Below, one piece after another: positions 9,369 through 18,736 of a DNA stretch of 64,000 bases; within the stretch, counting starts at the first letter, position 1; the number at the start of each line of letters is the position of its first letter. This DNA comes from Planctomycetota bacterium (GTDB lineage: Bacteria; Planctomycetota; UBA1135; UBA2386): NCBI GenBank assembly GCA_965228735.1, contig OZ245838.1, positions 2,656,001-2,720,000 of the forward strand. Reading direction: 5' to 3'. Made by a program: the position numbers and the translations under genes. The notes under the pieces were generated by a model. That model saw only the letters and a program-made list of their open reading frames with translations, did no database searches and had not been told where the DNA came from.

Positions 9369-10730
9369 ATGACGCAGATCCACGACTCGATCCTGTCGGT
9401 CGTCGGCGACACCCCGCTCGTCCGGCTCTCCCGCATCGCGCGCCACCTCGACGTCGAGCTGTTCGGCAAGTGCGAGTACCTCAACCCGGGCGGTTCGGTC
9501 AAGGATCGCATCGGCGTGCGCATGTTGCTCGACGCCGAGAAGGCGGGCCGGATCAAGCCGGGCGACACCCTGATCGAGCCGACGTCGGGCAACACCGGCA
9601 TCGGCATGGCGCTCGCCGCGGCGGTGCGCGGCTACCGGGTGATCATCACGATGCCGGAGAAGATGTCGCGCGAGAAGCAGGTGGTGCTCGAGGCGCTCGG
9701 CGCCGAGATCATCCGCACGCCGACCGAGGCCGCCTGGGACTCGCCCGAGTCGCACATCGGCGTGGCGAAGCGACTGCAGGAGGTCATTCCCAATTCGCAC
9801 ATCCTCGACCAGTACGGCAACCCGTCCAACCCGCTGGCGCACGAGGACGGCACCGGCCGCGAGATCTGCGAGCAGCTCGACGACAAGGTCGACGCGATCG
9901 TGATGACCGCGGGCACGGGCGGAACGATCACCGGCGTCGCGCGCGCGGTGAAGAAGCGCGTGCCGAACTGCCAGATCATCGGCGTCGATCCCGAGGGTTC
10001 GATCCTCGCGGGGCCGGAGCCGATCAAGAGCTACAAGGTCGAAGGGATCGGTTACGACTTCGTCCCGGACGTGCTCGACCGCGACCTCGTCGACCGTTGG
10101 ATCAAGTCCAACGACAAGGACAGCTTCCGGGTCGCACGCCAGCTGATCCGGCAGGAGGGCCTGCTCATCGGCGGCTCCTGCGGCGCGTCGGTCTGGGCCG
10201 CGCTGCAGGTGGCCAAGGACTTCCCGAAGGGCGCGCGCATCGTCTGCATCCTCGCGGACAGCATCCGCAACTACCTCACGAAGTTCGTCGACGACCGCTG
10301 GATGCGCGAGAACGGCTTCCTCGAGGAGGACTGGGCGGTCGGCACCCTCGAGGAGCTGCTGCGCGCGATGCCGCCGCGCGAGGTCGTGACGCTCGACGTC
10401 GGCGAAGACCTGAGCGCGGCCGTCGCGCTGTTCAAGGAGCGCGGCTTCTCACAGATTCCGGTCACGGACGCCGGGCGGCTCGCGGGCATCCTCACGGAGG
10501 CCGACGCGCTGCGCGTGCTCGTGGACGGCCACGCGAGCGGTTCGACGCGCGTCGCCGAGGCGATGGTGCGGCAGGTGTCGACGATCGGCCCGCACGCCCC
10601 GACATCGGAGTTGCCGGAGATCTTCGAGCGCGGCGAGGTCGCGCTCGTCGTCGACGACGACCGCACGATCCGCGGTCTCGTCACCAAGCTCGACCTGATC
10701 GAACATCTGACGAAGAGGCCCGCCGTATGA
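9369..10730 (+). CDS. cbs: Cystathionine beta-synthase with C-terminal CBS domain pair
   Basis: PLP lysine motif NPGGSVKDRIG, EPTSGNTGIG, GTGGT, VEGIGYDF, DSIRNYLTKF; C-terminal CBS pair (FSQIPV, GILTE, GLVTKLDL). Confidence 0.92.
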   Translation: MTQIHDSILSVVGDTPLVRLSRIARHLDVELFGKCEYLNPGGSVKDRIGVRMLLDAEKAGRIKPGDTLIEPTSGNTGIGMALAAAVRGYRVIITMPEKMSREKQVVLEALGAEIIRTPTEAAWDSPESHIGVAKRLQEVIPNSHILDQYGNPSNPLAHEDGTGREICEQLDDKVDAIVMTAGTGGTITGVARAVKKRVPNCQIIGVDPEGSILAGPEPIKSYKVEGIGYDFVPDVLDRDLVDRWIKSNDKDSFRVARQLIRQEGLLIGGSCGASVWAALQVAKDFPKGARIVCILADSIRNYLTKFVDDRWMRENGFLEEDWAVGTLEELLRAMPPREVVTLDVGEDLSAAVALFKERGFSQIPVTDAGRLAGILTEADALRVLVDGHASGSTRVAEAMVRQVSTIGPHAPTSELPEIFERGEVALVVDDDRTIRGLVTKLDLIEHLTKRPAV

Positions 10731-11389
10731 GCATGAACTTCGGACGCGAGATGTCGCTGCTGCGCGTGCGCTTCACCGAGGCCGGCACGCCCGAGCGCGC
10801 GGAGGCGAGGAAGGCGGAGACCGGCAGCGCCGCGACGTTCCTCGGCGCGGCGGACGACGAGGTCGAGACCGCGGCGCGCGAGGTCGTCGAGAACTTCCCG
10901 CAGATGGGCCGCGCTCAGATGACGGCGTTCGTCCGCACGTTGTGGCAGAGCAACACCTACGAGCTGCAGCGGGCGGCGGCGCACATCCTAGCCGCGCGCG
11001 CCGAGCTGCTGGAGCCGCCGGACCTCGCGTTCGTCGACGGCCTGCTCAAGAAGTGCGACGCCGACGAGCTCGCGGCGATCGTCGCGGGCGAGGCGCTCGG
11101 CACGCTGACGAGCAAGAACAAGAAGGTCTGGCGCGATCTCAAGAAGATGGCGAAGGCCGCCGACGCCCGCCTGCGCCGCGCCGCCGTGCGCGCGTGCCGC
11201 ATCCCGGTCGTCGCCGACGAAGCGCTGTTCTCCCGCCTCCAGGAGATCGTCGAGCCGCTGCTCGAACAGGGCGACGAGGACGAGGACGTCCTCGGAACGA
11301 TCGACGAACTGCTCGCCGCGATCGCCGAGCACCACGCGGACGCCGCCAACGAACTGGCCGCCCGACACGGTCGCTCGATCAACAGCTGA
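10727..11389 (+). CDS. DNA alkylation repair (AlkD-like) HEAT-repeat protein
   Basis: ATGA overlap with cbs. Helical repeats FLG...LWQSNTYELQRAA and RLRRAA resemble the AlkD-like family. Confidence 0.6.
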   Translation: MSMNFGREMSLLRVRFTEAGTPERAEARKAETGSAATFLGAADDEVETAAREVVENFPQMGRAQMTAFVRTLWQSNTYELQRAAAHILAARAELLEPPDLAFVDGLLKKCDADELAAIVAGEALGTLTSKNKKVWRDLKKMAKAADARLRRAAVRACRIPVVADEALFSRLQEIVEPLLEQGDEDEDVLGTIDELLAAIAEHHADAANELAARHGRSINS

Positions 11390-11438
11390 GGCGACGAGTC
11401 GACTGGCCAGGAGGCGGCGCGCCCGCCGCCCGACCGTG

Positions 11439-12314
11439 CTACTGGCCGAGCTTCTTGCGCAGCTCTTCGTTGTTCGGGTGGCGCGTCATGCCGCGCTGCC
11501 ACATCTCGCGCGCCTTCTTCGGGTCCTTCTCCTCGAGCAGGTTGCCGAGGTAGAGATACGTCTGCGCCTGGTGATCCTGGATCGGCGCCGACTCCTGCTG
11601 CTGCACCAGCGTCTCGAAGTGCTGGATCGCCTCGCCCTGCTTGCCGAGGAACTTGGGGTAGAACGTGTAGCTCACGGCCTTGGTGAAGCGCGCCTCCCAG
11701 TGGTGGTCGTCGAGCGCGAGCACGCGGTCGTACATCTGATCCGCCTTCATCGAGTACTGCCACTTGGTGTTGTCCAGCTGCATGTAGGCCATGTAGGCGC
11801 TCGCCAGGGCCATCTGCGCCTCGATGTTGCCGGGGTCGTTCTCGGCCGCCTCCTCGAACATGTCGATGAGCTCGTCCATCCGACCCTCCTCGTGCGCCTT
11901 GCGCCACGCGTCGGAGTTGTCCCAGAAGTTGGTGCCGTTGACGCTCGCGAAGAACTCCTCGATCGACTGCGGCTCACCTTCACCGCCCGCCGCGGCGAGC
12001 GCCGCCTTCGCGCCCTCAGTGCCGTTCTCCGCGAAGTAGGCCTCGACGGCGTTCTTCACCTGCTCCTTCGTCAACGTCGGCACGGCGACGCGATCGACGC
12101 TCGCGGGCGACGCCGACCGCGCGGCGAGCGCCGTCGCGAACTCGGCCTGCATCGTCTCGACGCGATCCCGAAGCGCGGCCACTTCGGCCTGCGCGGCGGC
12201 CGCCGTCGGATCGGGCGCCGGCTCGCTCTTGCTGCTGCCGAACACGACGACGGTCGTCGCGGCAGCGGTGGACAGGACGATCGAGGTGATCACGGTCGGA
12301 ATGTGCATGGCCAT
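11439..12314 (-). CDS. Exported tetratricopeptide-repeat protein
   Basis: Start MAMHIPTVITSIVLS (hydrophobic), coiled coil, TPR-like helices (DPGNIEAQMALASAY, YLYLGNLL...KAREMWQRGMTRHPNN). Confidence 0.75.
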   Translation of the reverse strand: MAMHIPTVITSIVLSTAAATTVVVFGSSKSEPAPDPTAAAAQAEVAALRDRVETMQAEFATALAARSASPASVDRVAVPTLTKEQVKNAVEAYFAENGTEGAKAALAAAGGEGEPQSIEEFFASVNGTNFWDNSDAWRKAHEEGRMDELIDMFEEAAENDPGNIEAQMALASAYMAYMQLDNTKWQYSMKADQMYDRVLALDDHHWEARFTKAVSYTFYPKFLGKQGEAIQHFETLVQQQESAPIQDHQAQTYLYLGNLLEEKDPKKAREMWQRGMTRHPNNEELRKKLGQ

Positions 12315-12364
12315 GGGATTCGGTATCGAAGTCGGAACAGCGCGGGGTTCGAACGAGCGCGGGA

Positions 12365-13660
12365 TTATTTGCGACGTTGCGGCTCGCCCCGCTCGACCCC
12401 CAGCAAACGGCGCACGATGGCCTCGAACGCCGCTTTCTGCGCCGCGTAGGCCGCGCCCGTCGCGGGACCCGCAAACCCCTGGTGGACGGCGCGCACCGTC
12501 CCACTGTCGTCGAGAAACAAGGTCGTGGGATAGGACCGGACCGCGTCGACGGCCGGGAACGCCGCGCTGGCCGCGCGCTTGCTCGACGGGCCGGCGAGCA
12601 GGATCGGCCACGGCACGTCGTACCGCTCGCGGTAGGCCTGAACGACGCGCGCGTGTCGCTTCCGATCGTCGCCGTGCTCGAACGCGAGCCCGATCACGCG
12701 CAGGCCGCGGTCTTCGTACTTTGTTCGCAGCTCGCGCAGGTACGCGCCCGAGTCGCCGCAGTTGGGACACCACGTGCCGAACAGCACGACGAGCGTCGCG
12801 CGGCCGAACAGGTCGCGGAGTTGCCGCGGCTCGCCGGTCGCGACGTCGGGATAGCGCAGCGCGCCGATGTCGACCGCGGGCTCCGCGCGCGTCAGGGTGA
12901 ACGCATCGGGCAGAGCGACCGCGTCGTCGCGACGCGCCGTCCAGGTGTCGTGCCACGTCGACCCGCTCCAGAACTCCCCGCGCAGCGTGCCGTCGTCCAG
13001 CATCGTCGCGTGGAACAAGAACGCGTGCGCGCCGTCGAACACCGCGAGGCGCAGCTGGTCGCCGCGCGCGGTGCCGACGAGGTAGCGGTAGTCACCGGTG
13101 ACCGTGAGGAACGTGCCCGCGACCTCGCCCGCGGCGTCGAACAGCGGGCTCGGATTCTTGCCGAAGATCGCGACCGCGTCGTGCTCCGGATCGCTCGCGA
13201 AGCGCACGCGCCAACGGCCGGCGACGGCGAGCGGCTTGCCCGCGAGCGGGAACATGGGCGCGACCTCGCCTTCGACACCGCGCATCCGGAACGGCAGCGT
13301 GTCCTCGCCGTTGCCGCGCACCTTGCGCCAGGCGCCCTGCCACGACTCGCCCCCCGGGGGCAGGAACGGCGTCGTGATGCGCGCGTCGTACGGCGGAAAG
13401 CGCCAGTCCGAGTCGCCGCCGATGGCGCCCTCGAACGAGCGGTCTTCGAGCCCGTGCACGAGACCGAGGCGTTCGTTCTGCTCGCGAACGAGGAACGGCA
13501 GCTCGCCGCCCGGACTCTGCAGACTGCCGCGATAGTACGTCGGCGACGCGCCGGCCTCGGGTTCGGTCGCAGCCGGGTCACTCTGCGCCGGCGCGCCGAT
13601 GGCGGCAGCGGCGGCGAGGGCGAAACCGAGCAGAACCCGGCTGCGGTATCCGTTCGTCAT
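12365..13660 (-). CDS. TlpA/ResA-family thiol-disulfide oxidoreductase, exported
   Basis: Signal peptide from ATG 13660; FDGAHAFLF N-domain; thioredoxin motif FGTWCPNC; SYPTTLFLD..G.VR. Confidence 0.88.
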   Translation of the reverse strand: MTNGYRSRVLLGFALAAAAAIGAPAQSDPAATEPEAGASPTYYRGSLQSPGGELPFLVREQNERLGLVHGLEDRSFEGAIGGDSDWRFPPYDARITTPFLPPGGESWQGAWRKVRGNGEDTLPFRMRGVEGEVAPMFPLAGKPLAVAGRWRVRFASDPEHDAVAIFGKNPSPLFDAAGEVAGTFLTVTGDYRYLVGTARGDQLRLAVFDGAHAFLFHATMLDDGTLRGEFWSGSTWHDTWTARRDDAVALPDAFTLTRAEPAVDIGALRYPDVATGEPRQLRDLFGRATLVVLFGTWCPNCGDSGAYLRELRTKYEDRGLRVIGLAFEHGDDRKRHARVVQAYRERYDVPWPILLAGPSSKRAASAAFPAVDAVRSYPTTLFLDDSGTVRAVHQGFAGPATGAAYAAQKAAFEAIVRRLLGVERGEPQRRK

Positions 13661-13665
13661 GCCGG

Positions 13666-13672
13666 TAGGGTA
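13666..13672. promoter_or_regulatory. Putative overlapping bidirectional -10 elements (TAGGGT on +, TACCCT on -)
   Basis: Lies in the 24-bp gap between divergent starts 13660 and 13685; TACCCT sits 6 nt before the tlpA ATG. Confidence 0.45.
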
Positions 13673-13684
13673 ACGCCAACCGGT

Positions 13685-14434
13685 ATGCAGATCTTCGACA
13701 CCCATTGCCACCTCGGCTACGACGCGGACCACGACCCCGAAGTCGATCACGCCCACGCCGTGGAGAGCGGCGTCACCGCGATGGTCGTCGTCGCGATCGA
13801 TGCCGAGAGCGGCGCCCGCGCGCGCGAGCTGTCGCGCCTGTCGGGCGTGCGCTGGAGTGCTGGCCTGCACCCCAACGACGCCGGCCGATTCGAGGCGGAC
13901 TGGCCGACGATCGAAGCCCAGGCGCGAGAACCGGCGTGCGCGGCGATCGGCGAAACCGGGCTCGACTGCTACCGCGACCGCACGCCGCTCGATCAGCAGG
14001 AGGCGTCACTGCGCCGCCACCTCGAGCTCGCGCGCGAGCTCGACAAGCCCGTGATCCTGCACTGCCGCGACGCGTTCGATCCGCTGTTCGCGCTGCTGTC
14101 GAGCGAGCCCCGCACCGAGGGCGTCATGCACTGCTTCTCGGGCACCGTGGACGAAGCGCGCATCGCCCTCGATCTCGGCCTCTACATCTCGTTCGCCGGC
14201 CCGCTGACCTACCCCAAGAACGACGCGCTCCGCGAAGCCGCGAAGTTCGTCCCGAGCGACCGCGTGCTCGTCGAGACGGACGCGCCGTTCCTCCCGCCCC
14301 AGGGCTTCCGCGGCCAACGCAACCACCCGGCGCTGATCGTTCACACGGTGACGAAGCTCGCGGAAGTGCGCGGCCTCGCCGTCGAAGACGCCGCCGCCCT
14401 CACGTTCGCGAACGCCGAACGCCTGTTCGGGTAA
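13685..14434 (+). CDS. tatD: TatD-family deoxyribonuclease
   Basis: DTHCHL, GLHP, AIGETGLD, LHCRDA, MHCFSG, LVETDAPFL. Confidence 0.95.
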   Translation: MQIFDTHCHLGYDADHDPEVDHAHAVESGVTAMVVVAIDAESGARARELSRLSGVRWSAGLHPNDAGRFEADWPTIEAQAREPACAAIGETGLDCYRDRTPLDQQEASLRRHLELARELDKPVILHCRDAFDPLFALLSSEPRTEGVMHCFSGTVDEARIALDLGLYISFAGPLTYPKNDALREAAKFVPSDRVLVETDAPFLPPQGFRGQRNHPALIVHTVTKLAEVRGLAVEDAAALTFANAERLFG

Positions 14435-14466
14435 TGGCGGTACCGAACCCGCTTCAAATCCGCCAC
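14434..14466 (+). repeat. 33-bp dispersed repeat, identical to 49389..49421
   Basis: ATGGCGGTACCGAACCCGCTTCAAATCCGCCAC at both loci. Confidence 0.92.
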
Positions 14467-14473
14467 GCCCCGC

Positions 14474-14584
14474 GTGATGCCGTACGGTACCTGGTTCAAA
14501 CCGCAAGGCTGCCACGCGAGCGCCGCCTTCGGCGGCGCTCGCGTGGCAGCCTTGCGGTTTGAACCAGGTACCGTACGGCATCAC
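14474..14584. repeat. Perfect inverted repeat with 54-bp arms and a 3-nt loop
   Basis: 14474..14527 is the exact reverse complement of 14531..14584, loop TTC; lies between convergent genes. Confidence 0.95.
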
Positions 14585-16452
14585 CGCGGGGGGCTGGCTC
14601 GGAGCGCGTGGAGCACGGCCGGCTCCATCGGGTTCTGTTGCGCCGCGCGCAGGAGCTCGGCCCTGGCTTCGCGGTGACGGTCGAGGGCGCGCAGGGCTTC
14701 GGCTCGCGCCAGGCGAACGAGGTAGTGGTCGCGGCCGAGTGCGAGGCTCCGGTCGAGGTGCTGCAGCGCGCCCGCGTGATCGTCGAGGCCCGTGCGCGCT
14801 GCTGCCGCGAGCCGGAAGACCAGGCCCTTCGGTTCGGCGATCTGCAGGCACGACAGCGCGAGGCGTTCGGCTTCTTCGAACCACTTCGGCTCCTCGGTCG
14901 CGCGGCCGACCTGCAGGTGCGCTTGCGCCGACAACGTGCGCGCATACGGATCGTCCGGACGCGCGTTCACGTATCGATCGGTGACGGCCAGCGCGCGCCA
15001 CGGCCTGGCCGAGTCCGCCGGCAGCCGCGTGAGCGCTTCCGCGAAATGGCGCAGCAGCGTGCCGTGCCGGTCGTTGCCGTCGTAGGCCCGCGCCAACGGC
15101 TCGACCGCGGCGACGGTATCGCCCGCGCGCAGGTGCGCCGCGCCGAGCCCCCACCACGCGCGCCACGTCGGTGAGTCCTCGAGCTCCGCCTGCCACAGCG
15201 TCGTCTCGCTGCGGAACTCGAGCGCGCGCGCGTTCGACAGCACGACGCCGAGCAGCAACAACGCGATCGTCGCGCGCGGGCGCCTCGCGACGTTCGGCAG
15301 CCACGGCTGCACGGCGACGAGCAGCGCGAGCAGCGGGCCGTACAGCCGGTGTTCGGCGAGCGGCATGTTGAGCGGGATGACGATCCACGGCAGCGCCGCC
15401 GCCCCGGCGACCGCGAGCGCGAGCCGACGCAGCGCCGCGCCGCGGCCGGGCAGCAGCCCCATGAGAAGCAGCGCCAGAACGCTGCCCCAGCCGACGAGCA
15501 CGAGCCCGTCGAACGAGTGCCGGAAGTCGACGGCCGGATCGATCGACAACCCGACGGGGAACACCATGAGCACGAGCGCCCGCGGCAGCAGCAACCCCAT
15601 CGTCGCGAACTGCGTCACGAACGACCGGCCGTGCCCCGCGAGCGGGTCGTCCGTCGTGCGCCCTTCGAACGAGACCGTCGCGACGCCGAGCAGCTCCTGC
15701 CGTAGCGCCAGGTAGCCGAGCACGAGCAGGCCGACGGGCACGATCGTCACGGCCGCCCGCAGGATCACCGAGCGCACTCCACCCGAGCTCCCCCTAGCCG
15801 AGCTCGCCCTATTGGGGCCGCGAGCGCGCCGCACGAACAGCGACTGCGCCACCATGAGCGCCGGCAGCACGACGCCCGTCTCCTTGCTGCCGCACGCGAT
15901 CGCCGCGCCGAGCAGCGCGAGACCGACCGCCGGCACCGCGGGACCGCCGCGGCACCACCACAGGTGCGCGCGCAGGCCGACGAGCAGACCGACCCAGAGC
16001 AGCAGTTCGCTGCGCGCCGAGACGAGGTTCGTGCACTCGCTCACGAGCGGGTGCACGGCCAGCAGCGCGACGACGGAGAACGCGCCGAGCGACCGCAGCC
16101 CGAGGCCGCGCAGCCAGCCGAACGCGAGTCCGCACACGCCGGCGTGCAGCAACACGTTCGAGAGCTTGAACAGCCACGGCGCATCGTCGATCGCGAACGT
16201 CAGCCCGAGACTCAGCAGCACCATTGGGCGAAACATCGCGCCGTTGTCCGAGAACGCGGTCGGGTCGCTGAGCCAGCGCCACCAGTGCGCCGTGTCCTGC
16301 AGGTGCCAGTTGGCCGCGATCGAATGGATGTCGTCGAAGACGAACGCGCCGAACACGGCGCAGCCGTGCGCCAGGACCGCGAGCCCGAGCGTCGCGAGGA
16401 GCAGCAGCCGCGTGCGCGAACGCGCCGCGTGACGCAGCGCTACGGATGTCAC
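14581..16452 (-). CDS. TMTC-like GT-C multi-pass membrane glycosyltransferase with C-terminal TPRs
   Basis: Probable GTG start 16452 (GTGA overlap). FVFDD in first loop, FRP, NVLLHAG, AVHPL.SE....SARSELL, SKETG, LAEHRLY, ETTLWQ, then TPR helices. Confidence 0.82.
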   Translation of the reverse strand: MTSVALRHAARSRTRLLLLATLGLAVLAHGCAVFGAFVFDDIHSIAANWHLQDTAHWWRWLSDPTAFSDNGAMFRPMVLLSLGLTFAIDDAPWLFKLSNVLLHAGVCGLAFGWLRGLGLRSLGAFSVVALLAVHPLVSECTNLVSARSELLLWVGLLVGLRAHLWWCRGGPAVPAVGLALLGAAIACGSKETGVVLPALMVAQSLFVRRARGPNRASSARGSSGGVRSVILRAAVTIVPVGLLVLGYLALRQELLGVATVSFEGRTTDDPLAGHGRSFVTQFATMGLLLPRALVLMVFPVGLSIDPAVDFRHSFDGLVLVGWGSVLALLLMGLLPGRGAALRRLALAVAGAAALPWIVIPLNMPLAEHRLYGPLLALLVAVQPWLPNVARRPRATIALLLLGVVLSNARALEFRSETTLWQAELEDSPTWRAWWGLGAAHLRAGDTVAAVEPLARAYDGNDRHGTLLRHFAEALTRLPADSARPWRALAVTDRYVNARPDDPYARTLSAQAHLQVGRATEEPKWFEEAERLALSCLQIAEPKGLVFRLAAAARTGLDDHAGALQHLDRSLALGRDHYLVRLARAEALRALDRHREARAELLRAAQQNPMEPAVLHALRASPPR

Positions 16453-17591
16453 CCGCCGGCCTCGACCGTGACCCGGTCCACCACCTCGCGCCAGCGCGAG
16501 GCCACCCCGTCGACGGCGAAGTGGCGGTCGTACGTGGCCCGCGCCGCGGCGGTCGCGGCCTGCAGCGCGGCCGGATCGCGCGCGAGTTCCGTGAGCACGT
16601 TCGCGAGCGCTGTGGAATCCCCGGCCGGCGAAAGCGCGACGGCATCGCTGCCGTCGAGCCAGCCGCAGACCGCTGGCGTCTCCGCCGTGACGACGGGCCG
16701 GCCGGCCGCGAGCGCGATCACGACCTTCCACGGCACGACGCGCTGCGCTTTCGTGGTCGATCCGAAGATGCCCGCGACGACGTGCGCGCGCTCGAGCTGC
16801 TCCTGCAGCGCTTCACGCGCGAGGAACGCGGGCATGAGCTCGACGCGATCGCCGAGCCGCTGCCGCGCGAGCGCGCGGTCGCTGGCGGTGCCGCCGACGA
16901 GCGTGAGTGTGATCTCCGCCGTCTGCTCCACCGCCGCGATCAGGACGTCGAGCCCGTGCAGCGGGACCCCGGTGCCGAAGAACAGCACGCGCAGCGGTTC
17001 GCCCGCGACGCGCTCCGCTGGCGGCAACGGCTCGGAGGCCGCGCGCGGGTCGCTGAGCGGCAGCCAGGTGAAGCGCTCGGGCGGCAGGTCCGTGAGCTCC
17101 GCGACGTAGGCCGCGTTCTCCGGCGTGTCGACGAGCACGAGGTCGGCAGCGGCGCACGCCTGCCGGTCGAGCTCCTCCATCACCCAGGCGCCGATCGAGC
17201 CGGGCATGCAGAGCTGGCGATCCTCGACGACCGTGTCGTAGGCCGAGAGGAACAGGTCGAGCACGACCGGCACGGGCGAGTGCGCGCGCACGTCGGCGAC
17301 GATGTGATGCCCCGGATACGGCACGACGACGCACCGCGGGCGCTGCTCCTGCACCGCCGCCTGTAGCTTCTGCCGCAGTCGCCGGCGATCGAGAACGCCG
17401 CGCCACAGCGCGACCGGCCACAGCCAGGGCCGCAGGAGGATCCGCCGCTTGCTCGTGCCCTGGCCGGGCACGCGGCACTCACGAACGTCGAAGCCGGCGT
17501 GCTCGAGCCCCTGCCGCAACGCGTCCGTCCGCGGGTAGCCGTCGCCGTCGTCCCACGCCCCGCAGAACAGCACCGAGTCGTTCGCAGCCAC
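16449..17591 (-). CDS. Glycosyltransferase family 4 (GT-B)
   Basis: LRVLFFGT..PLHGLDVLIAA, VPWKVVIALAAGRPVVTA, PAGDSTALA...L.RDP. Confidence 0.88.
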   Translation of the reverse strand: MAANDSVLFCGAWDDGDGYPRTDALRQGLEHAGFDVRECRVPGQGTSKRRILLRPWLWPVALWRGVLDRRRLRQKLQAAVQEQRPRCVVVPYPGHHIVADVRAHSPVPVVLDLFLSAYDTVVEDRQLCMPGSIGAWVMEELDRQACAAADLVLVDTPENAAYVAELTDLPPERFTWLPLSDPRAASEPLPPAERVAGEPLRVLFFGTGVPLHGLDVLIAAVEQTAEITLTLVGGTASDRALARQRLGDRVELMPAFLAREALQEQLERAHVVAGIFGSTTKAQRVVPWKVVIALAAGRPVVTAETPAVCGWLDGSDAVALSPAGDSTALANVLTELARDPAALQAATAAARATYDRHFAVDGVASRWREVVDRVTVEAGG

Positions 17592-17600
17592 CGTCGTTCC

Positions 17601-18632
17601 TCACTTCCCGTCGCGGGAGAGGTTCTGGAACCGCAGCGCCGCGATCTGCTCCGCGATGAGGCCGAGCGCGAACATCAGCGTCGCCTGCCCGAGCAGGGTC
17701 ACGGCCATGTTCGTGAACCGACCGGTCGTGAAGTAGGTGAACGCGTACCAGCCGATGCCGAGCACCGCGAACAGGAACGACGTCGGCAGGAAGACGCGCA
17801 GCGGCGCGAACATCGTCGCGATGCGCAGGATGATGAGGAAGAACCGGCTGCCGTCCGAGACCAGGCGGATGTGGCTCTTGCCCTGGCGCTCGCGCACGGT
17901 GAACGGGTGGAACGCCACGGACCACCCGCCGCGCAGCATCGACATCGTGATCGTCGTCGGGTAGCTGAACGTATTGGGCAGCAGGAACACGAGGCTCTTC
18001 GCGATGCTCGCGCGCACGAGCCGGTAACCGCTCGTGAGGTCGGGGATGTGCTTGCCCGATACGTAGCTCGCGAAGCGGCTGTAGATCTGGTTGGCGACGT
18101 TGCGATGGAACGCGCCGCCGCGGCCACCGCGCGACGCGACGACCATGTCGTGACCCCGTGCTGCCGCGATCATCGCGGGCAGTTCCTGTGGCGGATGCTG
18201 ACCGTCGCCGTCGAGCAGCAGGATCCACTCGCCCTTGGCCTCGCGGATGCCGCGCTTCACGGCCGCGCCGTTGCCGAGGCTCTGCGGATGCGTGATCGCC
18301 CGGGCGCCGCCGGCGCGCGCGATCGCGGGGGTCTTGTCCGTCGAGCCGTCGTCGATGACGAGCACCTCGCAGAACTCGAGGTCGACCCCGGCGAGCACCT
18401 CCTGGATCTCCGCGAGCAGGCCCGGCAGGTTGAGCTCCTCGTTGCGCGCCGGCATCACGATCGACAGGCTCGTGATGCGCTCGACGGGCACCGTGTCCGG
18501 CGGCTCCACGCCCGGCGCGGCCGGCGCGGCCTCGGCTTTCGGCAGTGGCAGTTCGCCCGCGGCCATGAGGCCGACGAGCGCGTTCTCCGCCTGCGAGACG
18601 GGGGACAGCAGGGCTTCCGGGTCGGCCGACAT
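17601..18632 (-). CDS. Glycosyltransferase family 2, DPM1/GtrB-like, with C-terminal TM helices
   Basis: SIVMPARNEE, IDDGSTDKT, GNGAAVKRG, DGDGQHPP, DLTSGYR; two C-terminal TM segments. Confidence 0.9.
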   Translation of the reverse strand: MSADPEALLSPVSQAENALVGLMAAGELPLPKAEAAPAAPGVEPPDTVPVERITSLSIVMPARNEELNLPGLLAEIQEVLAGVDLEFCEVLVIDDGSTDKTPAIARAGGARAITHPQSLGNGAAVKRGIREAKGEWILLLDGDGQHPPQELPAMIAAARGHDMVVASRGGRGGAFHRNVANQIYSRFASYVSGKHIPDLTSGYRLVRASIAKSLVFLLPNTFSYPTTITMSMLRGGWSVAFHPFTVRERQGKSHIRLVSDGSRFFLIILRIATMFAPLRVFLPTSFLFAVLGIGWYAFTYFTTGRFTNMAVTLLGQATLMFALGLIAEQIAALRFQNLSRDGK

Positions 18633-18736
18633 CGCCCTTGCTATCGGCAGGACGGGTGGCCGCCATGAACCGAAAGCCGCGTCGGTCGGGGTTCTCCCCG
18701 ACGCCCGGCCGGGGCCGCGGTCGCGGATGGCCGGCC

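Noticed and set aside
9279..9842. N-terminal extension of the 831-aa ORF (and similar extensions of ORFs 11439, 12365, 12377, 14581, 49510)
   Set aside because: They overlap well-supported neighbouring genes, so downstream starts were chosen.
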